A stretch of DNA of 40,586 nt. Source: Chromatiaceae bacterium. Its GTDB lineage: Bacteria; Pseudomonadota; Gammaproteobacteria; DTRM01. A program made the position numbers and the translations under genes. Shown piece by piece: positions 9,263-21,085 of this stretch. The stretch covers positions 1-40,586 of the forward strand of contig DTRM01000027.1 of NCBI GenBank assembly GCA_012965975.1. The letters run 5' to 3'. Every line of letters begins with the position of its first letter. Position 1 is the first letter of the stretch. Below the pieces are notes generated by a model, which was not told the origin of the DNA, made no database searches, and saw only the letters and a program-made list of their open reading frames with translations.

Positions 9263-9865
9263 TTGATGCAGGAACACATGATGGGCAAGTTGTCGCGACA
9301 GGATTTAATGAGTCTGGAAGACTACGCAGCAGCGCGGTCCTCCTTTCGAGCCGACGTGATGGCGCAGAAGAAACATCGGTTTCTTCAATTGGGCGATCAT
9401 GTGCGTCTTATTTTCGAAAGTCGCCTGACCATGCATTATCAGGTGCAGGAGATGCTGCGGGCGGAAAAAATTTTTGAGGCGGATGGGATTCAGGAAGAAC
9501 TGGATCAGTATAATCCACTGATACCCGATGGCTGTAATTGGAAGGCCACCATGATGATCGAATATTCTGACGTGGCTGAGCGACAGGATATGTTGGCGAA
9601 AATGAAGGGTATCGAGGATCGGGTCTGGGTTCAGGTCGGCGGCTACGACAAGGTCTGGGCAATTGCCGACGAAGACTTGGAGCGCTCCAACGACGAAAAA
9701 ACCTCGGCGGTGCACTTTTTGCGCTTCGAGTTGGATACCGATATGGCCGAGGCGATGAAGTCTGGCCAACCGCTGAATATCGGCATCGAACACCCCTCGT
9801 GCTGTGTGCAAATCGAGCCGGTTGGCGAGGATTTGCATCAGACGCTGACCAGCGATCTGGATTAG
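9263..9865 (+). CDS. DUF3501-family protein (uncharacterised; commonly paired with rubrerythrin)
   Basis: About 195-200 aa. The sequence (KLSRQDLMSLEDYAAAR..., EMLRAEKIF, YNPLIPDG.NWKATMMIEY) matches my recollection of DUF3501; an HMM search would confirm it. The start is ambiguous (TTG 9263, ATG 9266, 9278 or 9281). Confidence 0.65.
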   Translation: MMQEHMMGKLSRQDLMSLEDYAAARSSFRADVMAQKKHRFLQLGDHVRLIFESRLTMHYQVQEMLRAEKIFEADGIQEELDQYNPLIPDGCNWKATMMIEYSDVAERQDMLAKMKGIEDRVWVQVGGYDKVWAIADEDLERSNDEKTSAVHFLRFELDTDMAEAMKSGQPLNIGIEHPSCCVQIEPVGEDLHQTLTSDLD

Positions 9866-9874
9866 AGCTGAAAC

Positions 9875-9913
9875 GGTTCGCGGGCAAGCCCGCTCCTGCA
9901 GTGTGGGCGAACC
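9875..9913. repeat. REP-like compound hairpin
   Basis: ggttcgc gggcaagcccgc tcctgcagtgtg gcgaacc. The core ttcgcgggcaagcccgctcctgca resembles the common Pseudomonas-type REP unit. A related copy (ttctcgggcgagcgcgcccctaca) lies at about 17632-17655. Confidence 0.4.
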
Positions 9914-10034
9914 GAACAAGCCCCGAAGCTTCGACGCGTCAGCGACAACATAGCCCATTGATACGCCCGATTGTTGCGTTATACTGAACGCGTAAATGTT
10001 CCTCCTCGCGACCTTACGGAGTTAGTCACAGACG

Positions 10035-11921
10035 ATGGCTGGTAGTTACGATGCCTCGGCAATTGAAGTTCTGACCGGACTCGAACCGGTTCGAAAGCGC
10101 CCCGGTATGTATACCGATACGGCGCGTCCCAATCACCTCGCACAGGAAGTCATCGACAACTCGGTCGATGAGGCCATCGCCGGTCACGCCTCCATTATCG
10201 ATATCCAATTGTTCAAGGACGGGTCCTTACAGGTGCGCGACAACGGTCGCGGCATGCCGGTCGATATTCATCCTCAGGAAGGCGCCCCCGGGGTGGAGGT
10301 TATCCTCAGCAAACTGCATGCGGGCGGTAAGTTTTCGGGCAAGAATTATCAGTTTTCAGGCGGCCTGCATGGGGTCGGTGTGTCGGTCGTGAACGCGTTG
10401 TCGAAAAACCTGGAAATTTGGGTGCGGCGTGGCGGACAGGAATACAATATGTCGTTCGCCAACGGGGAAAAGACCTCCGATCTTGAGGTGGTTGGCAAAG
10501 TCGGCAAGAACAATACCGGCACCACGTTACGGTTCTGGCCCGACCAGCAATTTTTTGATAGTCCCAAAATTTCGTTGGCGAAGTTGCGTCACACTTTACG
10601 GGCCAAGGCGCTGCTGTGCCCTGGCCTGAATGTCAACCTGCTTGACGATGCCAGTGGGGAAAAAACCTCCTGGTGTTACGAAGATGGTTTTATCGCGTAC
10701 ATGAATGAGCGCATCGGTGATGTTAATTGCATTCCCGAAGAGGTTTACACCGGCGGTATTGAAGGTGAGCGCGAGATGGCCGATTGGGCCGTGGTGTGGC
10801 TACCGGATGGAGGCGAGGGCGTCACCGAGAGTTACGTTAATCTGATTCCGACCGCACAGGGTGGCACACATGTGAATGGTCTGCGCGCGGGTCTGACCGA
10901 CGCGGTGCGCGAGTTTTGCGAATTTCGTAATTTGATTCCACGCGGGGTCAAGATCAGTCCCGATGATGTTTGGGATCAGTGCAATTATTTACTCTCAGTC
11001 AAGTTACGCGATCCGTCGTTTACCGGCCAGACCAAGGAGCGATTGTCGTCGCGCGAGTGTGCGGCGTTCGTCTCGGGTGTGGTCAAGGACAGCTTTGGCT
11101 TGTGGTTAAATCAGCATACCGCTGCTGGAGAATTGCTGGCCGATCTGGTGATCAACAATGCCAATCGACGCCAGCGTGCTGGCAAAAAGGTGATTCGTAA
11201 AAAAGTCACCACAGGCCCGGCACTGCCGGGCAAACTGGCTGACTGCACGGTGCAGGATCTGGGTCGGACTGAGTTGTTTCTGGTTGAGGGAGATTCCGCC
11301 GGTGGTTCGGCGAAACAGGCGCGCGATCGCCAGTTTCAGGCCTTAATGCCATTGCGTGGCAAGATTCTAAACACCTGGGAGGTGGACGCATCTGATGTAC
11401 AGGCCTCGCAAGAGGTACACGACATCGCTCAGGCCATTGGCGTGGAGCCGGGATCCGATGACTTGTCGGGGCAGCGCTATGGCAAGATTTGTATCCTTGC
11501 CGATGCCGACCCCGATGGCGCACACATTGCGACACTATTGTGCGCGCTGTTTCTGCGTCATTTTCGGCCGCTGGTGGTGGCAGGCTCAATCTATGTGGCG
11601 ATGCCACCGCTGTATCGTATCGATGTCGGCAAGCAGGTGTTTTATGCGCTCGATGATTCCGAGAAACAAGGTATTCTGGATCGAGTCGAGGCCGAGAAGA
11701 TGAAGGGCAAGGTGAGCGTGCAGCGCTTTAAAGGTCTGGGTGAGATGAATCCGATGCAGTTGCGCGAGACCACCATAGCACCTGAGACTCGGCGTTTGAT
11801 TCAGCTAACAATCGAACCCGGTGACGATACCAATACGTTAATGGATATGTTGTTGAGCAAGAAACGTGCGAGTGATCGCAAGAGCTGGCTCGAAAAGAAC
11901 GGCGATCTGGCGGTTGTTTAA
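10035..11921 (+). CDS. parE: DNA topoisomerase IV subunit B
   Basis: 628 aa with a GHKL ATPase N-terminus ([16 protein letters not shown]) and a TOPRIM domain ([32 protein letters not shown]). The ParE-like length and the immediately following parC support the call. Confidence 0.93.
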   Translation: MAGSYDASAIEVLTGLEPVRKRPGMYTDTARPNHLAQEVIDNSVDEAIAGHASIIDIQLFKDGSLQVRDNGRGMPVDIHPQEGAPGVEVILSKLHAGGKFSGKNYQFSGGLHGVGVSVVNALSKNLEIWVRRGGQEYNMSFANGEKTSDLEVVGKVGKNNTGTTLRFWPDQQFFDSPKISLAKLRHTLRAKALLCPGLNVNLLDDASGEKTSWCYEDGFIAYMNERIGDVNCIPEEVYTGGIEGEREMADWAVVWLPDGGEGVTESYVNLIPTAQGGTHVNGLRAGLTDAVREFCEFRNLIPRGVKISPDDVWDQCNYLLSVKLRDPSFTGQTKERLSSRECAAFVSGVVKDSFGLWLNQHTAAGELLADLVINNANRRQRAGKKVIRKKVTTGPALPGKLADCTVQDLGRTELFLVEGDSAGGSAKQARDRQFQALMPLRGKILNTWEVDASDVQASQEVHDIAQAIGVEPGSDDLSGQRYGKICILADADPDGAHIATLLCALFLRHFRPLVVAGSIYVAMPPLYRIDVGKQVFYALDDSEKQGILDRVEAEKMKGKVSVQRFKGLGEMNPMQLRETTIAPETRRLIQLTIEPGDDTNTLMDMLLSKKRASDRKSWLEKNGDLAVV

Positions 11922-11923
11922 GC

Positions 11924-14173
11924 ATGAGTGACACGATTGACATCAATACCGATGGCGTAGAGCAACTGCCGCTGCGCGAGTTTACCGAGAAGGCCTACCT
12001 CGATTATTCGATGTACGTGATTCTCGACCGTGCGTTGCCGAATATTGGCGACGGTTTGAAACCGGTGCAGCGTCGTATCGTTTACGCCATGTCCGAACTG
12101 GGCCTGTCTGCGGTATCCAAGCACAAAAAATCCGCGCGTACCGTTGGTGACGTATTGGGCAAGTTTCATCCGCATGGTGATTCGGCCTGTTATGAGGCCA
12201 TGGTATTGATGGCGCAGCCATTTTCCTATCGTTATCCACTGGTGGATGGGCAGGGCAACTGGGGTTCACCGGACGATCCCAAATCGTTTGCTGCGATGCG
12301 CTACACCGAGGCACGGCTAACTGGCTATGCGCAGTTGTTGTTGTCGGAGTTGGGCCAAGGTACGGTAGATTGGACGCCGAACTTTGACGGTACCCTGAAA
12401 GAGCCCGCGTTGTTACCGGCGAGGGTCCCGAATTTATTGCTCAATGGTGTGACCGGAATTGCAGTCGGTATGGCAACCGATGTGCCACCACACAATCTAC
12501 GCGAAGTGGTTAGTGCTTGTATTCGCTTGCTTGAGAGCCCCAAGTCGACGGTTGATGAACTGTGTGAAGATGTACTGGGGCCTGATTATCCCACCGAAGC
12601 TGAGGTCATCAGTTCACCCGAGGATGTTCGCAAAATCTACCAGACCGGTAACGGCAGTGTGCGTATGCGCTCGGTGTTTGAACTCGAAGACAGTGACATT
12701 GTGATTACCGCATTGCCGTACCAGGTCTCGGGCGCGAAGATATTGGAACAGATCGCGAACCAGATGCGTGCGAAGAAACTACCGATGGTAGAAGACCTTC
12801 GCGATGAGTCGGACCATGAGAATCCCACCCGTCTGGTGATATCACCGCGCAGCAACCGAGTGGATGTTGAGCAATTGATGTCACACCTGTTTGCCAGTAC
12901 CGATCTCGAACGCACCTATCGGGTGAACTTGAATATTATCGGTCTCGACGGACGTCCGCAGGTGATGAATCTGCGTACCCTGCTCAAACAGTGGCTCACC
13001 TTTCGCACCACAACGGTACGTCGTCGTCTGCAATATCGTTTGGACAATATTTTAGCGCGTCTACATATCCTCGACGGCTTGCTGGTGGCCTATCTGAATA
13101 TCGATGAGGTGATTGCGATTATCCGTAACGAGGATGAACCCAAACCGGTGCTGATTGCGCGATTTGATCTGAGTGACATTCAGGCCGAGGCGATTCTTGA
13201 CTTGAAGTTACGCCACCTCGCCAAGCTCGAAGAGATGAAGATTCGTGGTGAGCAGGAACAACTCGCACAGGAGCGGGATCAGCTACAGAAAGTTCTGGGT
13301 TCAGAGCGTCGCTTGAAAACGCTGATCCGCAAAGAACTGGAGGCTGATGCCGAAAAGTTTGGCGATGACCGACGCTCACCGATCGTGGTCCGAGAGCCTG
13401 CGGTTGCACTGAACGAAATGGATCTGATATCCAGCGAGCCGCTGACAGTCGTATTGTCACAGAAGGGATGGGTGCGAGCCGCCAAGGGGCATGACATTGA
13501 CCCGTTGAAGTTGACGTACAAGGCGGGTGATGCCTTCTGTTCGGCCTCGCGAGGCAAGAGCAACCAAGCGGTGGTGTTTCTCGATAGCACGGGTCGTAGT
13601 TACAGTATGCAGGCCCATACCTTGCCCTCCGCACGTGGCCAGGGCGAACCGCTCAGTGGGCGGTTATCACCTCCGTCAGGTGCGACCTTTGCTGGCGCGA
13701 TGATTGGCGAACCCGGTGACAAGATCGTACTCGCATCGGATGCGGGTTATGGCTTTGTCATCCAACTCAAGGATCTCTACGTCAAGAACAAAGCGGGCAA
13801 GGCGTCATTGAAATTGCCCAACGGCTCGGAAGTGCTGACGCCGGTATCCGTTATCGATATGGACAGCGACAGGCTTGCGGCGGTTACCACCGAAGGTCGT
13901 TTGTTGGTATTCCCCGTGTCCGAGCTGCCGCTGTTGGCGCGAGGCAAGGGCAACAAGATCATTCAGATACCGGGCAAGCGGGTAGCCGCACGCGAAGAGT
14001 ATGTGGTCGGCATTATGTGTATTCCCGAGAAGGGACGTCTTACGATTCATTCCGGGCAACGTCACTTTACGTTGAAGCCAAAAGACCTCGATGCATTTGA
14101 AGGGGAACGCGGTCGACGTGGTAACAAGCTGCCACGCGGGTTTCAGCGTGTTGACGGCCTGACCATCGAATAA
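11924..14173 (+). CDS. parC: DNA topoisomerase IV subunit A
   Basis: 749 aa with [13 protein letters not shown] and the [10 protein letters not shown] catalytic-Tyr region. It starts 2 nt after parE. Confidence 0.93.
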   Translation: MSDTIDINTDGVEQLPLREFTEKAYLDYSMYVILDRALPNIGDGLKPVQRRIVYAMSELGLSAVSKHKKSARTVGDVLGKFHPHGDSACYEAMVLMAQPFSYRYPLVDGQGNWGSPDDPKSFAAMRYTEARLTGYAQLLLSELGQGTVDWTPNFDGTLKEPALLPARVPNLLLNGVTGIAVGMATDVPPHNLREVVSACIRLLESPKSTVDELCEDVLGPDYPTEAEVISSPEDVRKIYQTGNGSVRMRSVFELEDSDIVITALPYQVSGAKILEQIANQMRAKKLPMVEDLRDESDHENPTRLVISPRSNRVDVEQLMSHLFASTDLERTYRVNLNIIGLDGRPQVMNLRTLLKQWLTFRTTTVRRRLQYRLDNILARLHILDGLLVAYLNIDEVIAIIRNEDEPKPVLIARFDLSDIQAEAILDLKLRHLAKLEEMKIRGEQEQLAQERDQLQKVLGSERRLKTLIRKELEADAEKFGDDRRSPIVVREPAVALNEMDLISSEPLTVVLSQKGWVRAAKGHDIDPLKLTYKAGDAFCSASRGKSNQAVVFLDSTGRSYSMQAHTLPSARGQGEPLSGRLSPPSGATFAGAMIGEPGDKIVLASDAGYGFVIQLKDLYVKNKAGKASLKLPNGSEVLTPVSVIDMDSDRLAAVTTEGRLLVFPVSELPLLARGKGNKIIQIPGKRVAAREEYVVGIMCIPEKGRLTIHSGQRHFTLKPKDLDAFEGERGRRGNKLPRGFQRVDGLTIE

Positions 14174-15369
14174 TGTTATGCGCGCCGTTCAAGGGGCTTC
14201 GACCAGTCCGCGGGCGGGAAAGCGAGGTCATTGCGCCACCCTACGACGTTGTTAACAGTGCCGAAGCGGCACAGCTTGCGGCCGATCGACCCTATAGTTT
14301 TTTGCATATCTCCCACCCTGAAATCGATGCCCGTGAGGGCGCTGATCTGTACGCCACAGCCAGTGAAGCATTGGCGAATCTGTCGGAACAGGGTGTGCTC
14401 GCTCGCGATTCCACGGCGTGTTACTACGTGTATCGCATCTCCACCGAAGACCATGTGCAGACCGGAGTCGCGCTGGCCGCATCAGTAGACGCCTATATCG
14501 ACAACCGCATTCGTAAGCACGAGTTTACGCGACCGGACAAGGAAGACGAACGTGCTGAACACATCGATCGGCTAAACGCACAGACGGGGCCGGTCCTATT
14601 GGTCTACGCCGAACAACCTCAGTTGGACACCATGTTGCAGACGCTCGCAGCAGTGCCACCTGATATGGACGCACTGCTTGTCGGTGTGCGTCATCAAGTT
14701 TGGGTGGTGCGCGAAGCCGAGCAGGTGCGTGAACTTGATCTCGCCCTGAATGATTTACCCGCCATGTACATTGCGGATGGTCATCATCGCTCGGCGGCTG
14801 CGGCGCGTGTGTGTGAGCGACGCCAACGTGGGGATGCGAGCGAGTATTTTTTGGCGGTCGCGTTTCCGCATACGCAAATGAACATCCTCGACTACAATCG
14901 CGTGGTCACCGACTTGAACGGTCTGTCGAGCGATCGGTTTCTCGAGCGCGTTGGCCAGCGGTTTGGGGTTATGCCGGAGGCGGAACCGGTCCGCCCGCAC
15001 CGGCCCAGAGAGTTTGGTTTATACCTTGATGCTCAGTGGTATCGCTTGGTCGCCAACGATACTGACATCAGTGACGACCCGGTGAAGGGCTTGGATGCCA
15101 GCATTCTTTCCGACGGGTTATTAGCGCCGATTCTGGGTATTCATGACCCTCGGCGAGATGCTCGCATCGATTTTGTCGGTGGTGCCCGTGGGCTTGATGG
15201 CTTGCAGCGGCGAGTGGATGAGGGCGATATGGTCGCTGCGTTCTCGTTGTTTCCGACCCCCATGGAGGCGTTAATGGCGGTTGCCGACAGCGGTGAAGTG
15301 ATGCCACCAAAATCCACCTGGTTTGAACCGAAGCTGGCAGATGGTCTACTCTCCTATATATTGGAGTGA
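14173..15369 (+). CDS. DUF1015 domain-containing protein
   Basis: 398 aa. The N-terminus (PFKGLRP...VIAPPYDV) and the ADGHHR motif are typical of DUF1015. Its ATG overlaps the parC TAA by 1 nt. Confidence 0.8.
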   Translation: MLCAPFKGLRPVRGRESEVIAPPYDVVNSAEAAQLAADRPYSFLHISHPEIDAREGADLYATASEALANLSEQGVLARDSTACYYVYRISTEDHVQTGVALAASVDAYIDNRIRKHEFTRPDKEDERAEHIDRLNAQTGPVLLVYAEQPQLDTMLQTLAAVPPDMDALLVGVRHQVWVVREAEQVRELDLALNDLPAMYIADGHHRSAAAARVCERRQRGDASEYFLAVAFPHTQMNILDYNRVVTDLNGLSSDRFLERVGQRFGVMPEAEPVRPHRPREFGLYLDAQWYRLVANDTDISDDPVKGLDASILSDGLLAPILGIHDPRRDARIDFVGGARGLDGLQRRVDEGDMVAAFSLFPTPMEALMAVADSGEVMPPKSTWFEPKLADGLLSYILE

Positions 15370-15381
15370 CGGAAAGACTGA

Positions 15382-17586
15382 ATGGTTAGTGTCAAAAGCA
15401 GGGTGCCGGTTTCGGATCAGATCGGCGAGGTTGATCTGAATGCGTGGCTAGCATCCATTTCGGATAGTTATCCAGAGGAACAGCTGGAGATTATTGCGCG
15501 TGCCTGCGCACTGGCGGCCAAGGCACATCACGGACAGTCGCGCGCGTCCGGTGAGGCCTATGTCGGTCACGTTATGACAGTCGCCGATATTTTGGTCGAT
15601 CTGCACATGGATTACGAGACCGTGTCGGCGGCGCTGTTACACGACGTGGTGGAAGACACCTCGGTTGAGCTGACAGAAATCGAGCGTGACTTTGGACTGA
15701 GCACGGCTCGATTGGTTGATGGCGTGACCAAAATGAGTTCCTTGCCCCAGTATCGCAGTGCGGCAGGAGAGGGCAGTGTGGATGCCCAGCACGCGGAAAG
15801 TCTGCGCAAGATGTTGTTGGCGATGGCGGAAGATGTTCGCGTGGTGTTGATTAAGCTGGCCGATCGACTGCACAACATGCGCACCCTGAATTTTCTGCCG
15901 GAGTACAAGCAGGTCCGTATCGCCCAAGAGACCAAGGATATTTACGCGCCGTTGGCGAATCGTCTGGGTATCTGGCAGATCAAATGGGAGCTGGAAGATC
16001 TCTCGTTTCGTTACCTCGAACCAACGACCTATAAACAAATAGCCCAGCTGCTTGCTGAACGCCGTCTTGATCGGCAGCAGTTTATTGATGAGGTGGTGGG
16101 CCGTCTCACCAGCGAGCTGGAACAGGTAGGCATTAAGGGTGAGATCCAGGGTCGCGCCAAACACATCTACAGTATCTGGCGAAAGATGCGGCGCAAGGAT
16201 GTCGAGTTCGACAAAATATTCGATGTTCGAGCCGTACGTATTTTGCTGGATAACGTGGCGCAATGTTATGCCGCGCTGGGTATCGTGCACTCTTTGTGGC
16301 CGCCGATTCATGGTGAGTTCGATGACTACATTGCGACACCGAAGGATAATCTGTATCAGTCACTGCATACGGCGATCTATGGGCCAGGTGGTCGCGTGGT
16401 CGAGGTTCAGATTCGCACCCATGAGATGCACGAGCACTCTGAACTGGGTGTGGCGGCGCATTGGCGTTACAAGGAAGGCGGCAAGCATAATGCCGCATTT
16501 GAAGATCGTATTGCGTGGATGCGTCAGTTGTTGGAATGGAAGGATGAGTCCGACGATGCGGGTGATTTTATTGATCGTTTCAAGGCTGAGGTGTTCGAGG
16601 ATCGTGTCTATGTGATGACGCCGATGGGCAAGGTGATGGATCTGCCGCAAGGCGCCACGCCACTGGATTTTGCGTATTACGTGCATACGGATATTGGTCA
16701 TCGCTGTCGAGGCGCGAAGATCGATGGACACATTGTGCCGCTGACCCACGAGCTTACCAATGGCGATAGCGTTGAAATATTGACCTCAAAACGGGGGATT
16801 CCCAGTCGCGATTGGCTGAGTCCACATCTGGGTTATTTGAATACACCGAGGGCGCGCGCGAAGGTGCGCAGCTGGTTTCGTCATCGCGATCACGATCAAA
16901 ACCTTGTCTCCGGGCGGGCGCTTTTTGATAAGGAACTGCATCGTTTGGGCGTCGAGAAATTCGATAAGAAAAGCCTTCTGACGCGTTTTAACTATCATAA
17001 GTTTGACGACTTTCTCGCGGCGATTGGTCATGGTGAGATATCGACTGCACAGTTGGCGAATGCGGTGGATATGCCGGTTCAGGCATTGCCGCGACAGCAA
17101 CCCCGACACAAACGTGGGCATGCCAAGAGGCTCAAGTCCGATGAGATTTGGGTTCAGGGTGTGGGTGATCTGCTGACTCAAATTGCGAAGTGTTGCAAGC
17201 CGGTGCCTAAAGAACCCATTGTTGGTTACATCACCCAAGGACGCGGCGTGACCATTCATCGACACGATTGTTCCAGCCTGCTACGGATGCAAAAGAGTCA
17301 TCAAGAACGACTGATCGAGGTCAGTTGGGGTGGCGATACGCGCTCGTCTTACCCAGTCGATATGTTGATTATTGCGTATGATCGTCGCGGGTTGTTGAGC
17401 GACATATCGATGTTGTTGAGTAACGAGTCGATTAATGTGAATTCAGTGAATACCTTGACCGATCGGCATGACAACATGGCGCACATGACCATTAGCATGG
17501 AGATCAGTGACCTTGCCCAGCTAAGTCGTGTGCTCGACAAGATCGGGCAGTTACGCAACGTTGTCGAAGTGAAACGACGAACGTAG
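15382..17586 (+). CDS. relA: RelA-type RSH (p)ppGpp synthetase whose N-terminal HD hydrolase motifs appear intact
   Basis: 734 aa. The synthetase region closely follows RelA orthologues (ANRLGIWQIKWELEDLSFRYLEP, ERRLDR, GRAKHIYSIWRKM, VRAVRILL, EVQIRT). TGS and ACT-like C-terminal domains are present. HD-domain motifs are also present (HHGQSRASGEAYVGH, LLHDVVEDT, ADRLHNMRTL). Confidence 0.9.
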   Translation: MVSVKSRVPVSDQIGEVDLNAWLASISDSYPEEQLEIIARACALAAKAHHGQSRASGEAYVGHVMTVADILVDLHMDYETVSAALLHDVVEDTSVELTEIERDFGLSTARLVDGVTKMSSLPQYRSAAGEGSVDAQHAESLRKMLLAMAEDVRVVLIKLADRLHNMRTLNFLPEYKQVRIAQETKDIYAPLANRLGIWQIKWELEDLSFRYLEPTTYKQIAQLLAERRLDRQQFIDEVVGRLTSELEQVGIKGEIQGRAKHIYSIWRKMRRKDVEFDKIFDVRAVRILLDNVAQCYAALGIVHSLWPPIHGEFDDYIATPKDNLYQSLHTAIYGPGGRVVEVQIRTHEMHEHSELGVAAHWRYKEGGKHNAAFEDRIAWMRQLLEWKDESDDAGDFIDRFKAEVFEDRVYVMTPMGKVMDLPQGATPLDFAYYVHTDIGHRCRGAKIDGHIVPLTHELTNGDSVEILTSKRGIPSRDWLSPHLGYLNTPRARAKVRSWFRHRDHDQNLVSGRALFDKELHRLGVEKFDKKSLLTRFNYHKFDDFLAAIGHGEISTAQLANAVDMPVQALPRQQPRHKRGHAKRLKSDEIWVQGVGDLLTQIAKCCKPVPKEPIVGYITQGRGVTIHRHDCSSLLRMQKSHQERLIEVSWGGDTRSSYPVDMLIIAYDRRGLLSDISMLLSNESINVNSVNTLTDRHDNMAHMTISMEISDLAQLSRVLDKIGQLRNVVEVKRRT

Positions 17587-17686
17587 GAGAAGCAGCCTTG
17601 GCCGCGAACCTTCCATGCTGCGGAATATCCTAGTTCTCGGGCGAGCGCGCCCCTACATAATCGTCGCTAAAATAGAATAAGGAAAT

Positions 17687-17761
17687 TGGTAGGCGCGGGC
17701 AGGGTCGAACTGCCGACATCTACGATGTGAACGTAGCGCTCTACCGCTGAGCTACGCGCCT
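17687..17761 (-). tRNA. tRNA-Val (anticodon CAC)
   Basis: The reverse complement AGGCGCG-TA-GCTC-AGCGGTA-GAGC-G-CTACG-TTCACAT-CGTAG-ATGTC-GGCAG-TTCGACC-CTGCC-CGCGCCT-A-CCA folds as a 75-nt cloverleaf with an encoded CCA. Confidence 0.9.
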
Positions 17762-17875
17762 GTAGAGGCCTGCCACCATACAAGATTCCCCAGTATGGAT
17801 TCAAGAGAAAGTGTGATTTGGCGGTGATGTTCCTGTTAAAATCGCGGTTTTATAGCCACTTTTTCGACCGAATTC

Positions 17876-19288
17876 ATGATTCGCACCCGTTTTGCCCCCA
17901 GTCCGACCGGTTATCTGCACATTGGTGGTGCCCGCACCGCGTTATTTTCTTGGCTCTACGCGAAAAAGCACGGTGGCCAGTTCATTTTGCGCGTGGAAGA
18001 CACGGACCGGGAGCGCTCGACCCAAGAGGCGGTCGACGCGATCTTTGCGGGTATGGAATGGCTTGGTTTAACCGCCGAAGAAGGGCCGTTCTATCAGACC
18101 CAGCGTTTTGGCCGATACAAAGAGGTCATGCAGCAGTTGCTCGACGATGGCAAGGCCTACCACTGTTACTGCTCGAAGGAACGGTTGGAGCAGCTGCGCG
18201 AAGACCAAATGGCCGCGGGCAGCAAGCCTCGATACGACCGCTGTTGTCTGAATCGTGAAGGTGCGCCCCCTGAGGGAGTCGATCCGGTTGTGCGATTTTT
18301 GAACCCGACTGAGGGCAGTGTGGTGGTCGACGACCAGATCAAGGGCGCCGTAGTATTTGATAACGCCGAGCTGGACGACCTCATTATCGCGCGTTCCGAT
18401 GGTTCACCCACCTATAATTTCTGCGTCGTCGTTGATGATCTCGATATGCAGGTCACGCATGTGGTCCGCGGTGATGATCATCTCAACAATACGCCTCGTC
18501 AGATTAATATTCTGACCGCCTTAGGCGCCAACCCACCCAGCTATGCACATGTGCCGATGATTCTCGGCGATGATGGACAGAAACTTTCCAAGCGTCATGG
18601 CGCAGTGGGTGTGATGCAGTACCGTGACGACGGTTTTTTGCCCGAGGCGGTGCTGAACTATCTGGTGCGACTGGGCTGGTCGCATGGGGATCAGGAAATC
18701 TTTTCAGTCGACGAGATGATCGAGCTGTTCGATCTAGCCGATGTGAATAAATCCGCATCCGCCTTTAATACCGAGAAGCTGTGCTGGCTCAATCAGCACT
18801 ACATGAAAGAATCGGACCCCCAGCGTCTGGCCAACTTGTTGGAACCCCATTTGCAAAAGCTGGGGATTGATCCCGCGTCTGGCCCGGATCTGGTGGACGT
18901 CGTTGAAGCGCAGCGTGAGCGTGCGCAGACCTTGGTGGAGATGGCGGAGATCAGCGAGTTCATCTATCGCGACTTTAGCGAGTACGACGAGAAGGCAGCG
19001 AAGAAGAACCTACGCCCGGTTGCAGCCGATCCGTTGGTACAGGTAAAACAGGCCTTGCAGTCGCTTGAGGATTGGGCGCCAGAGGCCTTGCACCAAGTGA
19101 TTATCGATGTCTCCGAGGCGATGGGTGTGAAGATGGGGAAAGTCGCGCAGCCACTGCGTGTCGCTGTGGTTGGTCGTGCAGCATCCCCCGGCATTGACGT
19201 GACGCTGTTTCTGGTTGGTAAAGAGGCCTGTCTGCGTCGTATCGATCAGGCGTTGGCCTTTATCGATCAACGCGCGGCCGTGTCCTGA
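17876..19288 (+). CDS. gltX: glutamate--tRNA ligase
   Basis: 470 aa with the class I signatures [19 protein letters not shown] (HIGH) and KLSKRHG (KMSKS). Confidence 0.95.
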   Translation: MIRTRFAPSPTGYLHIGGARTALFSWLYAKKHGGQFILRVEDTDRERSTQEAVDAIFAGMEWLGLTAEEGPFYQTQRFGRYKEVMQQLLDDGKAYHCYCSKERLEQLREDQMAAGSKPRYDRCCLNREGAPPEGVDPVVRFLNPTEGSVVVDDQIKGAVVFDNAELDDLIIARSDGSPTYNFCVVVDDLDMQVTHVVRGDDHLNNTPRQINILTALGANPPSYAHVPMILGDDGQKLSKRHGAVGVMQYRDDGFLPEAVLNYLVRLGWSHGDQEIFSVDEMIELFDLADVNKSASAFNTEKLCWLNQHYMKESDPQRLANLLEPHLQKLGIDPASGPDLVDVVEAQRERAQTLVEMAEISEFIYRDFSEYDEKAAKKNLRPVAADPLVQVKQALQSLEDWAPEALHQVIIDVSEAMGVKMGKVAQPLRVAVVGRAASPGIDVTLFLVGKEACLRRIDQALAFIDQRAAVS

Positions 19289-19310
19289 TTGACGACGAGA
19301 GAATAAAAAA

Positions 19311-21014
19311 ATGTCAGAAGACGTATCCAAACCCAGTAACTTTATTCGTACTATCATTGATCAGGATATCGATTCTGGCAAACACGATGGCCGCGTGCAT
19401 ACCCGTTTTCCACCCGAGCCCAACGGTTATCTCCACATCGGCCACGCCAAATCCATTTGCCTGAATTTCGGCATCGCACGTGACTATAGTGGTCAGTGCA
19501 ATTTGCGTTTTGATGATACCAATCCGAGCAAGGAAGACGTCGAGTACGTTGATTCCATTCAGGAGGATGTGCGCTGGTTGGGGTTTGATTGGGAAGATCG
19601 GCTGTTCTACGCATCAAATTACTTCGACAAGTTGCATGGCTTTGCGGTTGAGTTGATCAAGCAGGGCAAGGCCTATGTGTGTGGCCTGAATGCCGAACAG
19701 ATGCGAGAGTATCGCGGTACCCTGACGGAGCCTGGAAAAAACAGCCCCGCACGAGATCACAGTGTGGAAGACAACCTTGATCTGTTCGCGCGTATGCGCA
19801 AGGGCGAGTTTGAGGATGGCGCCTATTTATTGCGCGCAAAAATCGATATGGCGCATCCAAATATGAATATGCGCGACCCCGCGTTGTATCGTATTCGTAA
19901 GGGTGCGGTTCATCATCAGACTGGCGTCCAGTGGTCGATTTATCCGATGTATGATTTTACGCATCCCATTTCCGATGCGATGGAAGGCATCACCCACTCT
20001 CTGTGTACGCTCGAGTTCGAGGATCACCGCCCCTTGTATGACTGGGTGCTTGATCAATTGCCCGAGCTTAGCCACCCGCAGCAGATCGAGTTCTCGCGTC
20101 TGTCATTGCAGTACACGGTGATGAGCAAACGTAAGTTGACCGAATTGGTCGCTGGTAATTTTGTGTCCGGATGGGATGATCCCCGTATGCCAAGCATTAC
20201 CGGTCTGCGTCGGCGCGGCTATACCCCCACATCGATCCGCGAATTTTGTGATCGCATTGGCATTACCAAATCAGGCAACACCATTGAGATGGGCGTGTTG
20301 GAAAACTGTATTCGTGAAGACTTGAATGCGAATGCCCCGCGCGCGATGGCGGTGTTGAATCCACTTAAAGTCGTGATCGAGAATTTCCCGGAAGGGGACG
20401 CCGAGACGCTTCCCGCAGCAAACCACCCGCAGAACGAATCAATGGGAACCCGCGACATTGTGTTGACCCGCGAAGTTTATATCGACAAGAACGATTTTCT
20501 GGAAGTGGCGCCAAACAAGAAATTCAAACGTCTGGTCAGCGGGGGAGAGGTGCGGTTGCGCAACGCCTATGTGATTCGCTGCAACGAAATGATCAAGGAT
20601 GATGCCGGCGAGATTATCGAACTGCGCTGTACCTATGACCCCGACACGCTGGGTAAGAATCCCGAAGACCGGAAGGTCAAAGGCGTGATCCACTGGGTCT
20701 CGGCCAATCACAGTCACGAGGTCGAAGTGCGGCTCTACGATCGACTGTTTTCCGATCCCATGCCGGAGGCCAACAAAGAGGTCGAGGACTTTAAGGATCT
20801 TCTAAACCCACAATCGCTCGAAATATTGACCGGCTGCCGGGTCGAAAACAGTTTGGCCAATGCCCCCGCAGGTGCCCGTTTTCAGTTCGAGCGAGAAGGC
20901 TATTTCTGCGTCGACCCGGTCGATTCGACAGCGGAATCCCTAGTCTTTAACCGGACCGTCACGTTGCGCGACTCTTGGGCCAAGATCGAGGCCCAAGCGA
21001 AACAGGGCAAATAG
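19311..21014 (+). CDS. glnS: glutamine--tRNA ligase
   Basis: 567 aa with [19 protein letters not shown] (HIGH), VMSKRKL (KMSKS), and GlnRS-type N- and C-terminal domains. Confidence 0.95.
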   Translation: MSEDVSKPSNFIRTIIDQDIDSGKHDGRVHTRFPPEPNGYLHIGHAKSICLNFGIARDYSGQCNLRFDDTNPSKEDVEYVDSIQEDVRWLGFDWEDRLFYASNYFDKLHGFAVELIKQGKAYVCGLNAEQMREYRGTLTEPGKNSPARDHSVEDNLDLFARMRKGEFEDGAYLLRAKIDMAHPNMNMRDPALYRIRKGAVHHQTGVQWSIYPMYDFTHPISDAMEGITHSLCTLEFEDHRPLYDWVLDQLPELSHPQQIEFSRLSLQYTVMSKRKLTELVAGNFVSGWDDPRMPSITGLRRRGYTPTSIREFCDRIGITKSGNTIEMGVLENCIREDLNANAPRAMAVLNPLKVVIENFPEGDAETLPAANHPQNESMGTRDIVLTREVYIDKNDFLEVAPNKKFKRLVSGGEVRLRNAYVIRCNEMIKDDAGEIIELRCTYDPDTLGKNPEDRKVKGVIHWVSANHSHEVEVRLYDRLFSDPMPEANKEVEDFKDLLNPQSLEILTGCRVENSLANAPAGARFQFEREGYFCVDPVDSTAESLVFNRTVTLRDSWAKIEAQAKQGK

Positions 21015-21085
21015 CCAGCCGCTACAGGGCATCCGCAAAATCTGTGGACACAACCCCCTGATTCCCCTAAAATTCACCGTTTCCC

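Noticed and set aside
9305-9958. A 217-aa minus-strand ORF opposite the DUF3501 gene (a 159-aa one at 9408-9887 was treated the same way).
   Set aside because: It is antisense to a better-supported ORF, has no motifs, and runs through the REP-like element.
15637-16311. A 224-aa minus-strand ORF inside relA.
   Set aside because: It is entirely antisense to a strongly supported gene and has no recognisable motifs. It is a typical shadow ORF of GC-rich coding DNA.
17818-18258. A 146-aa ORF overlapping the 5' part of gltX in another frame.
   Set aside because: It is out of frame with an unmistakable GluRS. Its Arg/Pro/Ala-rich translation is typical of an off-frame reading.
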